A stretch of 64,000 nucleotides of DNA. Origin: Dehalococcoidia bacterium (GTDB lineage Bacteria; Chloroflexota; Dehalococcoidia; Lucifugimonadales; UBA3495). Below are positions 46,392-55,537 of this stretch, in pieces. How positions within the stretch are numbered: the first letter of the stretch is position 1; each line of letters opens with the position of its first letter. The stretch covers positions 168,671-232,670 of the forward strand of contig CBDEFY010000006.1 of the NCBI GenBank assembly GCA_965237595.1, in the 5' to 3' direction. The notes under the pieces are model-generated. The model was not told the DNA's origin and did no database searches. It was given only the letters and a program-made list of their open reading frames with translations. The position numbers were made by a program, and so were the translations under genes.

Positions 46392-48070
46392 GCGGGAATC
46401 CCCGGCATCCGAGGTTCCAACATGTGCCTCCCCGACACGGTAGGCGTCTGAAACCGCTTGCCCTCTAGTATCTCTCCCACGGTGAGTATCTGCATCCTAG
46501 GGTAGTCAATGCCTAGGATGTTCGCTGGCTTCAGGTCCGCCGCCTCGCGGCTGAAGTTGCGGGTCTTGCCCCCGCCTAACGACTCCATGATAATCAGACC
46601 GGCTAACATAGCCTCATCACGTGACAGCACACCCTTTAAGGCCCGCCAGTCCACCACATTGACGTTAGCGCCGCACTTGACTTCCACCACCATTGATTGA
46701 AGGTCACGTTCACCAGGTACAGCGAAGTAGACACGCCCATCGATGCCACCATCCGCCGACTTCTTGGTCGTAACGAATCCCTCCACCTGTTCTACCGCCC
46801 ACTTTTGGAAGTGGTACTTATCCCGCCGCCACAAGTCTTGTGCGCCTTCCACGGTCCTAGGAACGCCTTCTACGGTGAAATCTTGGCCTTCCACCAACCC
46901 CAGGCGGTCTTGTAGCCGCATACGCGCTACGCGCTTGACGGCGTGAATGGCTATGTCTATTCCTATCCATTGGCGTTCTAGACTATGGGCCGCCTCAAGA
47001 GTTGTGGCGCATCCACAGAACGGGTCAATCACCACGTCTCCCTCGTTGCTGCTGGCCTTGATGATACGCTCCATAAGAGCAAGCGGCTTTTGGGTAGCAA
47101 ATCCCATGCGTTCGTGTGCTTGGGCGGCAATAGGTGGAATGTCCCATACCACGTCCTGTATAGGGACACCAGGGGATACGCTCAAATATTGCTTAGGCTG
47201 GGGAATGTCTCCGCGAGGTGGCCAATAGATAAGCCCAGATGCGTCCAGCACATCAAGGCGCTCCTGGACGTTCATATCAGCATAGTTAGGCGGATGCTTG
47301 AAGTGGGGCGGCAGTATCCGGTCTGGCGGTACTTCCCAATGGCGACCTTTCATTCTTGGGTCAACCCCGCGCCAAGGCTGCCCGGAGCTACCTTGGCGCG
47401 TTCCCGGTCCGGTCAAGTTGCCTATCCTGTACCTTCCATGTTCGTCCTCATGCCGAAAGAACTGGTCGATGTAAGTCTTGTCATAGTTTTGAAACACCCG
47501 GTTCCAAGTGAAATTGTCGGACTTGGTGTAAAAAAGCAGGGTGTCGTGGATCGGCCCCCAACGCTTCGCACGACTGTGAGCGGCCGTCCGTCGCCATATG
47601 ATTTCATTCTGGAAATGTCCGTGCCCAAAGATGGCATCCAAAAGGGACTTGACATAGTGGCTGGCCGTCGGGTCGCAGTGGAAGTACAGGCTCCCCGTGG
47701 GCTTGAGAATCCGATGCATTATCAGCAGGCGCTCAGCCATGTAGGACAGATAGGCCAAGAGGCGTGGTTGTGTGTTCCTCAAGGCGGTCATCCACAGTCG
47801 CCAAAACTCTGCGGTAGCGTCATCTATCCCGTTTTCCCGCATAAGAACAGGCATAGTACGTATGGCACGCTCTCGCTCCTGATCAAGTTCCCACATATCA
47901 CAGAACGCCTCTATCTGATCCGGTAGTGGGCGGCCCGTCTCGTCCCTATAGATGGCGTTGTACTGGCGGTTCGAGTTGAAAGGCGGGTCTAGGTAAATCA
48001 GGTCCACGCAAGCGGAGGGCCATTCCGACATGATGGTTAGGCAATCGCCGTAGTAGAGTTTCCCAATCAT
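46388..48070 (-). CDS. beta-class N4/N6 DNA methyltransferase fused to a C-terminal Mrr-like PD-(D/E)xK endonuclease domain
   Basis: DLIYLDPPFNSN (motif IV first), VIDPFCGCATTLEAA (motif I). The C-terminus has ..SADGGIDGRVYF..QSMVVEVKCG.., which is restriction-endonuclease-like. Its start overlaps the transposase stop (ATGA). Confidence 0.8.
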   Translation of the reverse strand: MIGKLYYGDCLTIMSEWPSACVDLIYLDPPFNSNRQYNAIYRDETGRPLPDQIEAFCDMWELDQERERAIRTMPVLMRENGIDDATAEFWRLWMTALRNTQPRLLAYLSYMAERLLIMHRILKPTGSLYFHCDPTASHYVKSLLDAIFGHGHFQNEIIWRRTAAHSRAKRWGPIHDTLLFYTKSDNFTWNRVFQNYDKTYIDQFFRHEDEHGRYRIGNLTGPGTRQGSSGQPWRGVDPRMKGRHWEVPPDRILPPHFKHPPNYADMNVQERLDVLDASGLIYWPPRGDIPQPKQYLSVSPGVPIQDVVWDIPPIAAQAHERMGFATQKPLALMERIIKASSNEGDVVIDPFCGCATTLEAAHSLERQWIGIDIAIHAVKRVARMRLQDRLGLVEGQDFTVEGVPRTVEGAQDLWRRDKYHFQKWAVEQVEGFVTTKKSADGGIDGRVYFAVPGERDLQSMVVEVKCGANVNVVDWRALKGVLSRDEAMLAGLIIMESLGGGKTRNFSREAADLKPANILGIDYPRMQILTVGEILEGKRFQTPTVSGRHMLEPRMPGIPA

Positions 48071-48942
48071 GCCGACACCGCCGCCCGAATGAAGCTCTCG
48101 AAGACGTTGGATTTACCTCTGTTGTTGTACTTGAAGCAGGCTTCCACCGCGTAGGCCAAGGCGAAGCCCTTGGTGTAGTGGTGGTGCGTCCCATACCAGG
48201 CCCGCTTTAGCAAGCTCCAAAAGCCCTCTATAGTGTTGGTGTGCTTGAGGCCGTCGGCGTACTGTTTGGCGTGTACTATCGTGGCGTGTTGGACCTTCCG
48301 GCCCATTCGACGATAGGCCGGGTATTCGTCGGTAATCAACAGGGAGTTGGCGGTGTCAATATTCCGGGTCAAAAAGGTTTCCAAGGCCAGCCCATCCACC
48401 TTTGCAGACGGTTGGGCAACTACCCGCCCATGCCGCTCAACCGCTCCAATGATAGGGAGCTTATCGGTCCCGCGGCCCCTAGGGGAAGGAGTGTTGTCGC
48501 CATGATTGTTGTGCTTCCTAGGCTTGCCGCCGATATAGGCTTCATCCGCCTCAACGATGCCGGAGAGCAACTCGCCATCGGCTACCATAGCCCGCCGGAT
48601 TCGCATCACCATGTACCAAGCGGTTTTCTGGTTAAGGTCTAGGTCGCGTGCCAACTGGTGCGAGGATAGGCTTTTCTTGGCATTGAGGACCAGAGAGACC
48701 GCCAAGAACCACTTCTGAAGTTGGATTTTGGTCTTCTCGAATATGGTACCGGACAGGACATTGAAGCTAGAATGACAACCGTGACAGTTCCAGCGACCAA
48801 TCCGGTCACCGTCGGCTTTCCGCCCCACATTGACGCTGCCACAAAGTGGGCAGGCGGGTTTGTGGGTCCAGCGGGTGCGTTCAAGGTGTTCAATACAGGC
48901 TTCGTGGTCGGGGAACCTTTGGAAGATTTGAATCAGGTCCAT
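48067..48942 (-). CDS. IS1595-family DDE transposase with N-terminal zinc ribbon
   Basis: CPLCGS..WNCHGCHSSF ribbon. VEADEAYIGG, LITDEYPAY, HTNTIEGFWSLLKR. Confidence 0.9.
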   Translation of the reverse strand: MDLIQIFQRFPDHEACIEHLERTRWTHKPACPLCGSVNVGRKADGDRIGRWNCHGCHSSFNVLSGTIFEKTKIQLQKWFLAVSLVLNAKKSLSSHQLARDLDLNQKTAWYMVMRIRRAMVADGELLSGIVEADEAYIGGKPRKHNNHGDNTPSPRGRGTDKLPIIGAVERHGRVVAQPSAKVDGLALETFLTRNIDTANSLLITDEYPAYRRMGRKVQHATIVHAKQYADGLKHTNTIEGFWSLLKRAWYGTHHHYTKGFALAYAVEACFKYNNRGKSNVFESFIRAAVSA

Positions 48943-49012
48943 TGGGCTTGCTCCTCTTGGCGTCTACGACTATTGTAGCCGTGGCCACTGGATTTATCAA
49001 GCCCCTAACTAC

Positions 49013-49465
49013 TTATTCCGTTTTTCTATTCGGTATTAACACCCGGGCGAGTTTCCCTCGCGCCTCGAGATATTCAACGAGGCAGTGAAAGTCTCCGTCG
49101 CCGGAGACGACGATTGCCTTGTCATAGCTCGGGTATTCAATCATGGCGTGCAAGACTAGCTCGGCATCTACATTTCCTTTTGGCTTAGCGCCAACTCCTG
49201 GGATAGTCGGTTTGAAAATGACGACGTACCCCGCCTGCTGCAAGTATGTGTACAAAGCCTCACGTCCAGGGACGTACCCAATGAACAGGTACGCCTTGGT
49301 AACGCGGTACTTATCCTTGAGGTAGACACGAAACCTCCCAAAATCCAACTTCCATCCACTGTCGAGTATCCCTAGGTTTAGGTTTTGACTGTCGATAAAT
49401 GCATAGGTGTTTTCGGCCTCCCGCCGTTCTTGGCCTCTTCTAACCATCGATGTTTTGTACCACAC
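49013..49465 (-). CDS. NYN (LabA/DUF88-like) domain protein, native C-terminal 16 codons displaced by the transposon
   Basis: YAFIDSQNLN..VVSGDGDFHCLVEYL is the NYN pattern. The current end ..LIPNRKTE* uses a stop inside the transposon IR. The native end ..NRKILRIVAEIQNKVYRLS* lies at 46028-46077. Confidence 0.75.
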   Translation of the reverse strand: MWYKTSMVRRGQERREAENTYAFIDSQNLNLGILDSGWKLDFGRFRVYLKDKYRVTKAYLFIGYVPGREALYTYLQQAGYVVIFKPTIPGVGAKPKGNVDAELVLHAMIEYPSYDKAIVVSGDGDFHCLVEYLEARGKLARVLIPNRKTE

Positions 49466-49525
49466 TCCCCGTGAACGTCAACGCCGGCCCGTTGTAGTTG
49501 CAAGGAAATTACTCGCGAGTTCCGC

Positions 49526-50116
49526 CTACGACTTCCGAGGCCCAAGGTCTTTCTGTAAATCTGCGATGGTCTGGTCCCTGGTCTTCTTCTGCCAGCGGAC
49601 CCGCTGATTGATGGGCACGTTCTCGATCTCAGGTACAACCTTCATGGTCACGAAGACCGGACCGGGCTTGCTGAGTATCTCTTGTATCTTGTTGGTGAAG
49701 TCTTCCAGGTTGTCGAAGGCGTAGGTGGACGGGTATCCCGAGCCCTTGGCGATGACATCATATTGGACCTTCTCGGCGTTGGGGACCGGTTGGCCGCCCG
49801 TGGTGGCGTACACCCCGTTGTCCAACACGAAATGGTAGAAATTCTTGGGGTTTTTCTCGGCGATGGTGGGCAGCGCGCCCAGGTTCATCAGGATGTCGCC
49901 CTCCGAGTCGAACAGAATAATCTTCTCATTGGGCCTGGCCAGGGCCAGACCCAGGGCGAAGGAAGCGTGGCCGCCCATCGCCGGGTCGCCCAGAGGAACG
50001 TCCCGGTCGGGCTTGTCGCTGATATTGATCCAGTGACGGCCGCCCCGGCCGGGAATCACCACGGCGTTGCCCCGGAAAGGCGCGAAGGCCTTGAACATAT
50101 CTGCTGTCTGGAACAT
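49526..50116 (-). CDS. TPP-dependent decarboxylase beta subunit (sulfopyruvate/phosphonopyruvate decarboxylase-like)
   Basis: GDPAMGGHASFALGLALA..LFDSEGDILMNLGAL..LDNGVYATTGGQ is the TPP-binding C-terminal module. Confidence 0.75.
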   Translation of the reverse strand: MFQTADMFKAFAPFRGNAVVIPGRGGRHWINISDKPDRDVPLGDPAMGGHASFALGLALARPNEKIILFDSEGDILMNLGALPTIAEKNPKNFYHFVLDNGVYATTGGQPVPNAEKVQYDVIAKGSGYPSTYAFDNLEDFTNKIQEILSKPGPVFVTMKVVPEIENVPINQRVRWQKKTRDQTIADLQKDLGPRKS

Positions 50117-50166
50117 TTATCCTCTGTAAGAATGCAGCGTTCGGAATCTCGTTGCCGGAGTGTCTG

Positions 50167-50736
50167 CTATCTGGCCCCTTGAACAAACCCGTGATACTCG
50201 TCGCCAATCAACACCGCCACCGGCTGTTTCGTCTTTTCGGCCTGCTCGAAGGCCACCGAGATCCGGTCGGCGTCGGCGTCGCTCTCCACGAGGTAGTACT
50301 TGATGCCGAAGGCGTGGAGGAAATGCTCGGTATAGGTGGCCGCGGAATCGGTGTTCACGCCGTGGCGCGTCCAGCCCCGGTATCCCACCATCAACACCAC
50401 GGGGATGTTCATGCCCATGGCCCAGCCGCGCAGGGAGTCTCCCGACTCCATCAGGCCGGTGTTCTGGATCAAGATGACCGGCTTGGCCCCGCCGACCGAC
50501 AGACCGGAGGCGGTGGAGAACGCCTGACCCTCCCGGCTGACCGTTATCAGGTCCAGTGAGGGCTCATCCTGCATCAACACATACAGGAAATTGGTCTCGC
50601 TGTCGGGCAGCCAGACCACGTGGGTAACATTGTTGGCTTTCAGATGCGTAAGGACTGTCTCCGGGCTGAATCCGCCTTGTTGCTCGGCCAATGTCTGTAC
50701 CTCGTTAGCTTTTTCCGATTTGACCTCGTGCCGCAT
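50167..50736 (-). CDS. TPP-dependent decarboxylase alpha subunit (sulfopyruvate decarboxylase-like, PYR domain)
   Basis: VTHVVWLPDSE..VSREGQAFSTASGL..ILIQNTGLMESGD. Confidence 0.75.
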   Translation of the reverse strand: MRHEVKSEKANEVQTLAEQQGGFSPETVLTHLKANNVTHVVWLPDSETNFLYVLMQDEPSLDLITVSREGQAFSTASGLSVGGAKPVILIQNTGLMESGDSLRGWAMGMNIPVVLMVGYRGWTRHGVNTDSAATYTEHFLHAFGIKYYLVESDADADRISVAFEQAEKTKQPVAVLIGDEYHGFVQGAR

Positions 50737-50805
50737 CTCACTGAAATTGACGCCTACGATTTCACCCCCAATCTAACTGTCCCCCTGAAAGGGGCGAGAA
50801 CTAGT

Positions 50806-50897
50806 CCCTTCCCGCGCTGGGGGAAGGTTAGGTCCCCCGATGTCCCGATACCATCGGGAGGGAGACTCTCGACCTTGTCGGAGATGGGGCGTTGCCC
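50806..50897. repeat. GC-rich hairpin repeat, copy 2 (long form)
   Basis: CCTTCCC-GCGCT-GGGGGAAGG, then TTAGGTCC, then an about 50-nt insert with its own hairpins (CCCGATACCATCGGG), then GGAGATGGGGCGTTGCCC. Intergenic. Confidence 0.75.
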
Positions 50898-50925
50898 AGA
50901 GTTTCAATTCCATCTGGTCATGGTA

Positions 50926-51780
50926 CTAGGGCTGGTCAATATAATTTCGTATCTCTTTCAGAACCAGCGCCGGATGCTCCATGGGCACGAAGTGGGACCC
51001 TGCGCCCAGTTCCTTGACCCGGAACCCCTTGGTCTCTCGAGTCAGGTGCTGCACGGCAGCGTCCTGGGGAGTCTGGGCGCCTTCATAGTCGCCCACCAGG
51101 AGCAGGTATTCCCCTCCCAGGCCCCGGAGCACCTTGGAGGTGTCCAACTCGACCCGGTTCTGGTAGAAAGTCTCTTCCACCTGGGGATGACACTTCAACT
51201 CGGCCCGGCCGTCGCCCAGAAGCCGGGTGGCGCCCTGTATGTAATCGGCAAAGACCTCGTCGGTCCAAGGCTTGAACACCCGCCGGTCCCGGTAGGCAGT
51301 GTACATCGTCTCCCGGCTCTCCCAGATTGACCGCTTCTGAAGGGTGCGCTCGATGCGTTGTTCCTGTTCCTGGGGAGTGAGCAACGTCATAGGGCTCTCT
51401 CCCACCCGGGTGTCCACCAGCACCCCCTTGCCGATGATTCCCGGAGCCAGTGAATCGGCAATCAGCATGGACATCCCGCCCGCGGAATGACCCACTCCGA
51501 TGGACCCCTCCAGACCAAGGGTCTGGATGACCGAGGCCACATCTTCCCCTATCTGTTCGAAGGTGTATCCGCCGCCTGGATGTTCGGTATCCCCGTGCCC
51601 TCTAAAGTCGAATGACAACACGTCGTAGTCCTGGGCCAAGTCCCGGGCGGTGGAATTCCATATCTGGGAACACATGCCAACGGCATGAAACATCACAATG
51701 TTTGGGTTATCGGGGTTGCCCCATTCCAAGTAGTGGTGATTGACCCCGTTGGACTGCACGAATCTGCTTTCCGGTTGCAA
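50926..51780 (-). CDS. alpha/beta hydrolase fold protein
   Basis: IVMFHAVGMC..GVGHSAGG (GxSxG nucleophile elbow)..GSHFVPMEHP. Confidence 0.8.
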   Translation of the reverse strand: MQPESRFVQSNGVNHHYLEWGNPDNPNIVMFHAVGMCSQIWNSTARDLAQDYDVLSFDFRGHGDTEHPGGGYTFEQIGEDVASVIQTLGLEGSIGVGHSAGGMSMLIADSLAPGIIGKGVLVDTRVGESPMTLLTPQEQEQRIERTLQKRSIWESRETMYTAYRDRRVFKPWTDEVFADYIQGATRLLGDGRAELKCHPQVEETFYQNRVELDTSKVLRGLGGEYLLLVGDYEGAQTPQDAAVQHLTRETKGFRVKELGAGSHFVPMEHPALVLKEIRNYIDQP

Positions 51781-51832
51781 CGACTACTCCTGACTCAGCG
51801 CTCTACTTGCGATGTCCGGTGGTCACAGATGG

Positions 51833-52223
51833 TCAATCTACCACCGCAATAACTTCCAACTGCACCAACACCCCTGGGGGAAAGGCGTCGTACTCCATGG
51901 CGTGGCGGGCCGGCCGGTCGTCCTCGTCGGGGAACATCTCCAGCCAGGGGCGGTTGACCGCCTCGCGCTGGGACCGTTCCTTGCATGTAGACCTTGATGG
52001 AGCCAATATTCTGGACCTTGCCGTCAGCATTTTCCACCATCGTCTTCATGTTGGCAAAGGCAAACACGCACTGGCTATCCAGGTCTGCCGGAACAGTCCC
52101 GGTGGATGGGTCGGTGCCCATGATGCCGCTGGAGAAAATCATGTTGCCCACCCGCGCGCCCATGGGGATCGGCGCTCCGTGCTGCACCCCTTCGACATGG
52201 ATCGAACGTCCCTTTCCAGCCAT
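51833..52223 (-). pseudogene. RidA/YjgF family protein with a +1 frameshift
   Basis: The N-terminal 80 codons (..NIGSIKVYM) and the C-terminal part (KERSQREAVNRPWLEMFPDEDDRPARHAMEYDAFPPGVLVQLEVIAVVD*) are in different frames. One extra C near 51981-51984 (tacatgCaagg) explains it. Confidence 0.75.
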
Positions 52224-52411
52224 TATGTCTCCTCGGCTATGCCCTTAAGTGTTGTACGCGCCATCGGTCCGTTTCGCCGCCCGCAATTATACCTGGCTTA
52301 CCCGAGTCTTCAACAAGGGCGCCCCACCATGGCCCAATTACAGGCACAGTTGATTCAATTTTTGGGCGTGCTATCATTGGGCGTCAAATTTGATGATACG
52401 GAGGCGCCATC

Positions 52412-53437
52412 ATGCCATTCGGAGGCAATGACTGGTTAGCGTTGACCCCAGAAGCCACCCTGGAGCCCGACCTGCCCATCTGCGACCCTCATCACCACTT
52501 CTGGGACTACCGGGACGCCAGAGTCCCTTACCAACGGTACCTGCTCCACGAGTTGGCCGACGACATCAACAGCGGCCACAACGTGCGCTCCACAGTCTTC
52601 GTCGAGGCCCGGTCCATGTACCGCATCGATGGGCCGGAGGAGATGAAACCGGTGGGCGAAGTGGAATTCGTCCAAGGCCTGGCCGCCGCCAGCGCCACCG
52701 GGCTCTACGGGCCAGGCCGCGCCGCCGCCGCCATCGTCGGCCACGCCAACCTGAACCTGGGCGACCAGGTAAAGCCGGTGTTGGAGGCACTGCAGGCCAC
52801 CAGCGCCAACCGCTTCCGCGGCATCCGCCACTCAGTCACCTGGGACCCGAATCCGGCGGTCGAGAACACCGCCGCCCATGCTGCCGCAGGACAGATGTCC
52901 AGCGACAAATTCCGGGCCGGAGCCAAGGTGTTGGCGGGCATGGGCCTCTCCCTGGAAGGCTGGATGTTCTTCCCCCAGATGCCTGAACTGGCCCAGTTCG
53001 CCAAAGCGGTGCCAGACCTGACCATCATCCTCAACCACATCGGCGGGCTGCTGAGGGACGGCCCCTACGCCAACCGCGACGAAGAGGTGATGGCCACTTG
53101 GCGGAAGGGCATCGCCGCCGCCGCTGGGTGCCCCAACGTGGTCATCAAACTGGGCGGCATCGGCATGCCCCGCACCGGGTTCGATTGGCACCTCCGGGAC
53201 CAGCCCATCGGCTCGGAAGAACTGGCGGGAGATATGGCCCCATTGATGAACTACTGCATCGAGCAGTTCGGCCCCAACCGCTGCATGTTCGAGAGCAACT
53301 TCCCAGTGGACAAAGTCTCCTACTCCTACAATGTGATGTACAACGCCTTCAAGCGCCTATCCAAGGACTATTCGGCCACGGAGCGGGCCGACATGTTCCA
53401 CGACACCGCCGCGCGGGTGTACCGGATAGACGTTTAG
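52412..53437 (+). CDS. amidohydrolase-2 (PF04909-like) family protein
   Basis: ICDPHHHFWD is the N-terminal metal-binding HxH; ..ILNHIGG.., ..FESNFPVDK. Confidence 0.8.
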   Translation: MPFGGNDWLALTPEATLEPDLPICDPHHHFWDYRDARVPYQRYLLHELADDINSGHNVRSTVFVEARSMYRIDGPEEMKPVGEVEFVQGLAAASATGLYGPGRAAAAIVGHANLNLGDQVKPVLEALQATSANRFRGIRHSVTWDPNPAVENTAAHAAAGQMSSDKFRAGAKVLAGMGLSLEGWMFFPQMPELAQFAKAVPDLTIILNHIGGLLRDGPYANRDEEVMATWRKGIAAAAGCPNVVIKLGGIGMPRTGFDWHLRDQPIGSEELAGDMAPLMNYCIEQFGPNRCMFESNFPVDKVSYSYNVMYNAFKRLSKDYSATERADMFHDTAARVYRIDV

Positions 53438-54100
53438 CCCCTGACCGGGCCGGGCCGCTCCCATCTTGATGTCTATGTGCTAACGGCCCTCGGTTACGAC
53501 GGGGGCCGTATTCTTTGAGCGAGGCATAGCTCTGTCTGGGTCGGAGGCGGCTTCCGATGAAGAGGCCGCGGCGCTGCTGTTCGGCATGGCCGTGCCCTAA
53601 CTATAGCTCAGCGTGAGGGGGATACCGCGCTGGAGATTCGCACTCTGATCTACACCGGCCGCTTGGTCCGACACCTCTACCGGCATCAGTAGGGCCTGGA
53701 GATGCTCCTGCAGGCTATCGTTCTGGCCCGGCGCATCAATGACCTCCACCAGTCCCCAGCGTCAGCCGGGTCACGGGCATGGGTATTGAGTCCCTGTCCG
53801 CAAATTACTATGACCTTCAGTTCCCAGCGTGAGGCAGGCTACCCTTAAGGTAATAGCCCCCGAAGGAGACCTCGTCTAGTACGCGGGTTTTGCCTCGACG
53901 CCGCGTGTGTACGCCCCGGCCCTTGTGGCCGAGGCCATTTTTTTTGCCGCCAGCCGAAAGGTGTGGCGTCCATCTCATCGTCTGTGGCTGTTAATTCCGC
54001 AATTGCGGTATAATATCGGGAACAAACTCCCTGCGTTTATCCCACTCCGTAGTTCCCCCGAATTCCTGTGTCCGAGCGTAACCCAAAGAGAGCGGAGTCC

Positions 54101-55471
54101 ATGGCCACCAAGACCAAGCCAGGCACCTTTGGCCGCATTGTCGACGTGGACGCCGGCGCCATCAGCCGCGAGATCTTCGTCAACGAAGACATCTATCAGC
54201 AAGAGCAGGAACAAGTATTCGCCCAGGCGTGGCTGTTCGTGGGTCACGAGAGCCAGATAACTAAGCCTGGAGATTACTTCGTTTCATCCATGGGCGAAGA
54301 ATCGGTGATCCTCTGCCGCGACCGTCAGAATGAGATTCACGTTTTCCTCAACTCCTGCGCCCACCGGGGCATGAAGGTCTGCCGCTACGACGAGGGCAAC
54401 ACTCCGGTGTTCAGTTGTCCCTACCACGGCTGGAGCTACGCCACCGACGGCAAGCTGGTGGAGGTTCCCTACTTCAAGGACGCCTACAAGGAGACCTTGG
54501 ACAAGTCCAAATGGGGCCTGATTAACGTGCCCCAGTTGTATAACTACAAGGGGAGCATCTGGGCCAACTGGGATAAGAAAGCGCCGCCGTTCCTGGACTA
54601 CCTGGGCGGAATGAAGATGTTCTTGGACCTGGCCCTAGACGGCCGCGACGGGAGGGAGGGACGTTCGGAGATTCTGAGCGGCGTCCAGAAGTGGACCATG
54701 CCCAGCAACTGGAAGTTCGCCGCCGAGAATTTCGCCGGCGACAACTACCACAACATCAGCCACCGCTCCGTGGACATGGTGGGCATCGGCCCCAGCGGCC
54801 GGGGGCGGCGGGACAACGATGAGTCTTTGGCCGGCCGCCGCCTGAACGTCTCCTTCCCCGATCTGGGCCACGCGGCGGTGTTCGATATGCTACCCGACAA
54901 CCTGCCACAGGTCGCCACCTACACCGACACACAGGTGGTGGAAGAATACTTCCGGGAGCAGGAAGCCAAGAGGCGCGCCAGCCTGGGAGACCGCCCCAAC
55001 CTCATCGGCATGGTGGGCACGGTGTTCCCCAACATGTCCTATCTGGCCCGCCAGCCCCGCTCCATCGCCATGTGGCATCCCAGGGGGCCCCACATGACCG
55101 AGGCCTGGCGGTGGTTCTTGATTAACAAGGACACACCGGACGAAGTCAAGGAGGTCCTGCGGCACTACTACATCCGCTACTCCGGCCCCGGCGGCATGAC
55201 CGAGCAGGACGACATGGAGAACTGGAACTACGCCCATAAAGCCAGCAAGGGGGTCATCGCTCGACGGCGCCCCTACAATTACGAGATGGGCATCGGCTAT
55301 ATCGAGGAGGACACCGGATTGCCGGGCGTGGTCACCGAGGGCATCTGCGAGGAGAACGCGCGGGGCTTCTACCGCCGCTGGGCCGCCATGATGGACGCCA
55401 AAGATTGGGATGACCTGGCCCCCTTGGTCAAAGCCAAATTAAATGGCAACGGACGCGGCAAGAAGAGGTAA
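54101..55471 (+). CDS. aromatic ring-hydroxylating (Rieske) dioxygenase alpha subunit, paralog 1
   Basis: Rieske CxH..CxxH (NSCAHRG..SCPYHGW). Catalytic domain with NYHNISHRSVD and downstream D. Confidence 0.9.
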   Translation: MATKTKPGTFGRIVDVDAGAISREIFVNEDIYQQEQEQVFAQAWLFVGHESQITKPGDYFVSSMGEESVILCRDRQNEIHVFLNSCAHRGMKVCRYDEGNTPVFSCPYHGWSYATDGKLVEVPYFKDAYKETLDKSKWGLINVPQLYNYKGSIWANWDKKAPPFLDYLGGMKMFLDLALDGRDGREGRSEILSGVQKWTMPSNWKFAAENFAGDNYHNISHRSVDMVGIGPSGRGRRDNDESLAGRRLNVSFPDLGHAAVFDMLPDNLPQVATYTDTQVVEEYFREQEAKRRASLGDRPNLIGMVGTVFPNMSYLARQPRSIAMWHPRGPHMTEAWRWFLINKDTPDEVKEVLRHYYIRYSGPGGMTEQDDMENWNYAHKASKGVIARRRPYNYEMGIGYIEEDTGLPGVVTEGICEENARGFYRRWAAMMDAKDWDDLAPLVKAKLNGNGRGKKR

Positions 55472-55537
55472 CCCGACCCCATCTAACCGAATCTAATCCG
55501 GGCGGCACCGAATCATCCAACTTCTGGAGAGAGCATT

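Larger units (their letters stand above)
46086..49020 (-). mobile_element. IS1595-family transposon (2935 bp) carrying a methyltransferase-endonuclease fusion and a small ORF
   Basis: Perfect 23-bp IR CGGAATAAGTAGTTAGGGGCTTG (46086-46108; reverse complement at 48998-49020). 8-bp TSD TTTTTCTA (46078-46085 and 49021-49028). Removing it restores a 164-aa NYN-domain ORF. Confidence 0.9.

Noticed and set aside
53470-54060. About 600-bp ORF-poor stretch upstream of the first Rieske alpha gene, with fragments reminiscent of a helical-repeat regulator (..ALEIRTLIYTGRL..GLEMLLQAIVLARRINDL..).
   Set aside because: The fragments are short, interrupted by stops in all frames, and carry no diagnostic motif. 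It may be a decayed regulator gene but that cannot be supported.
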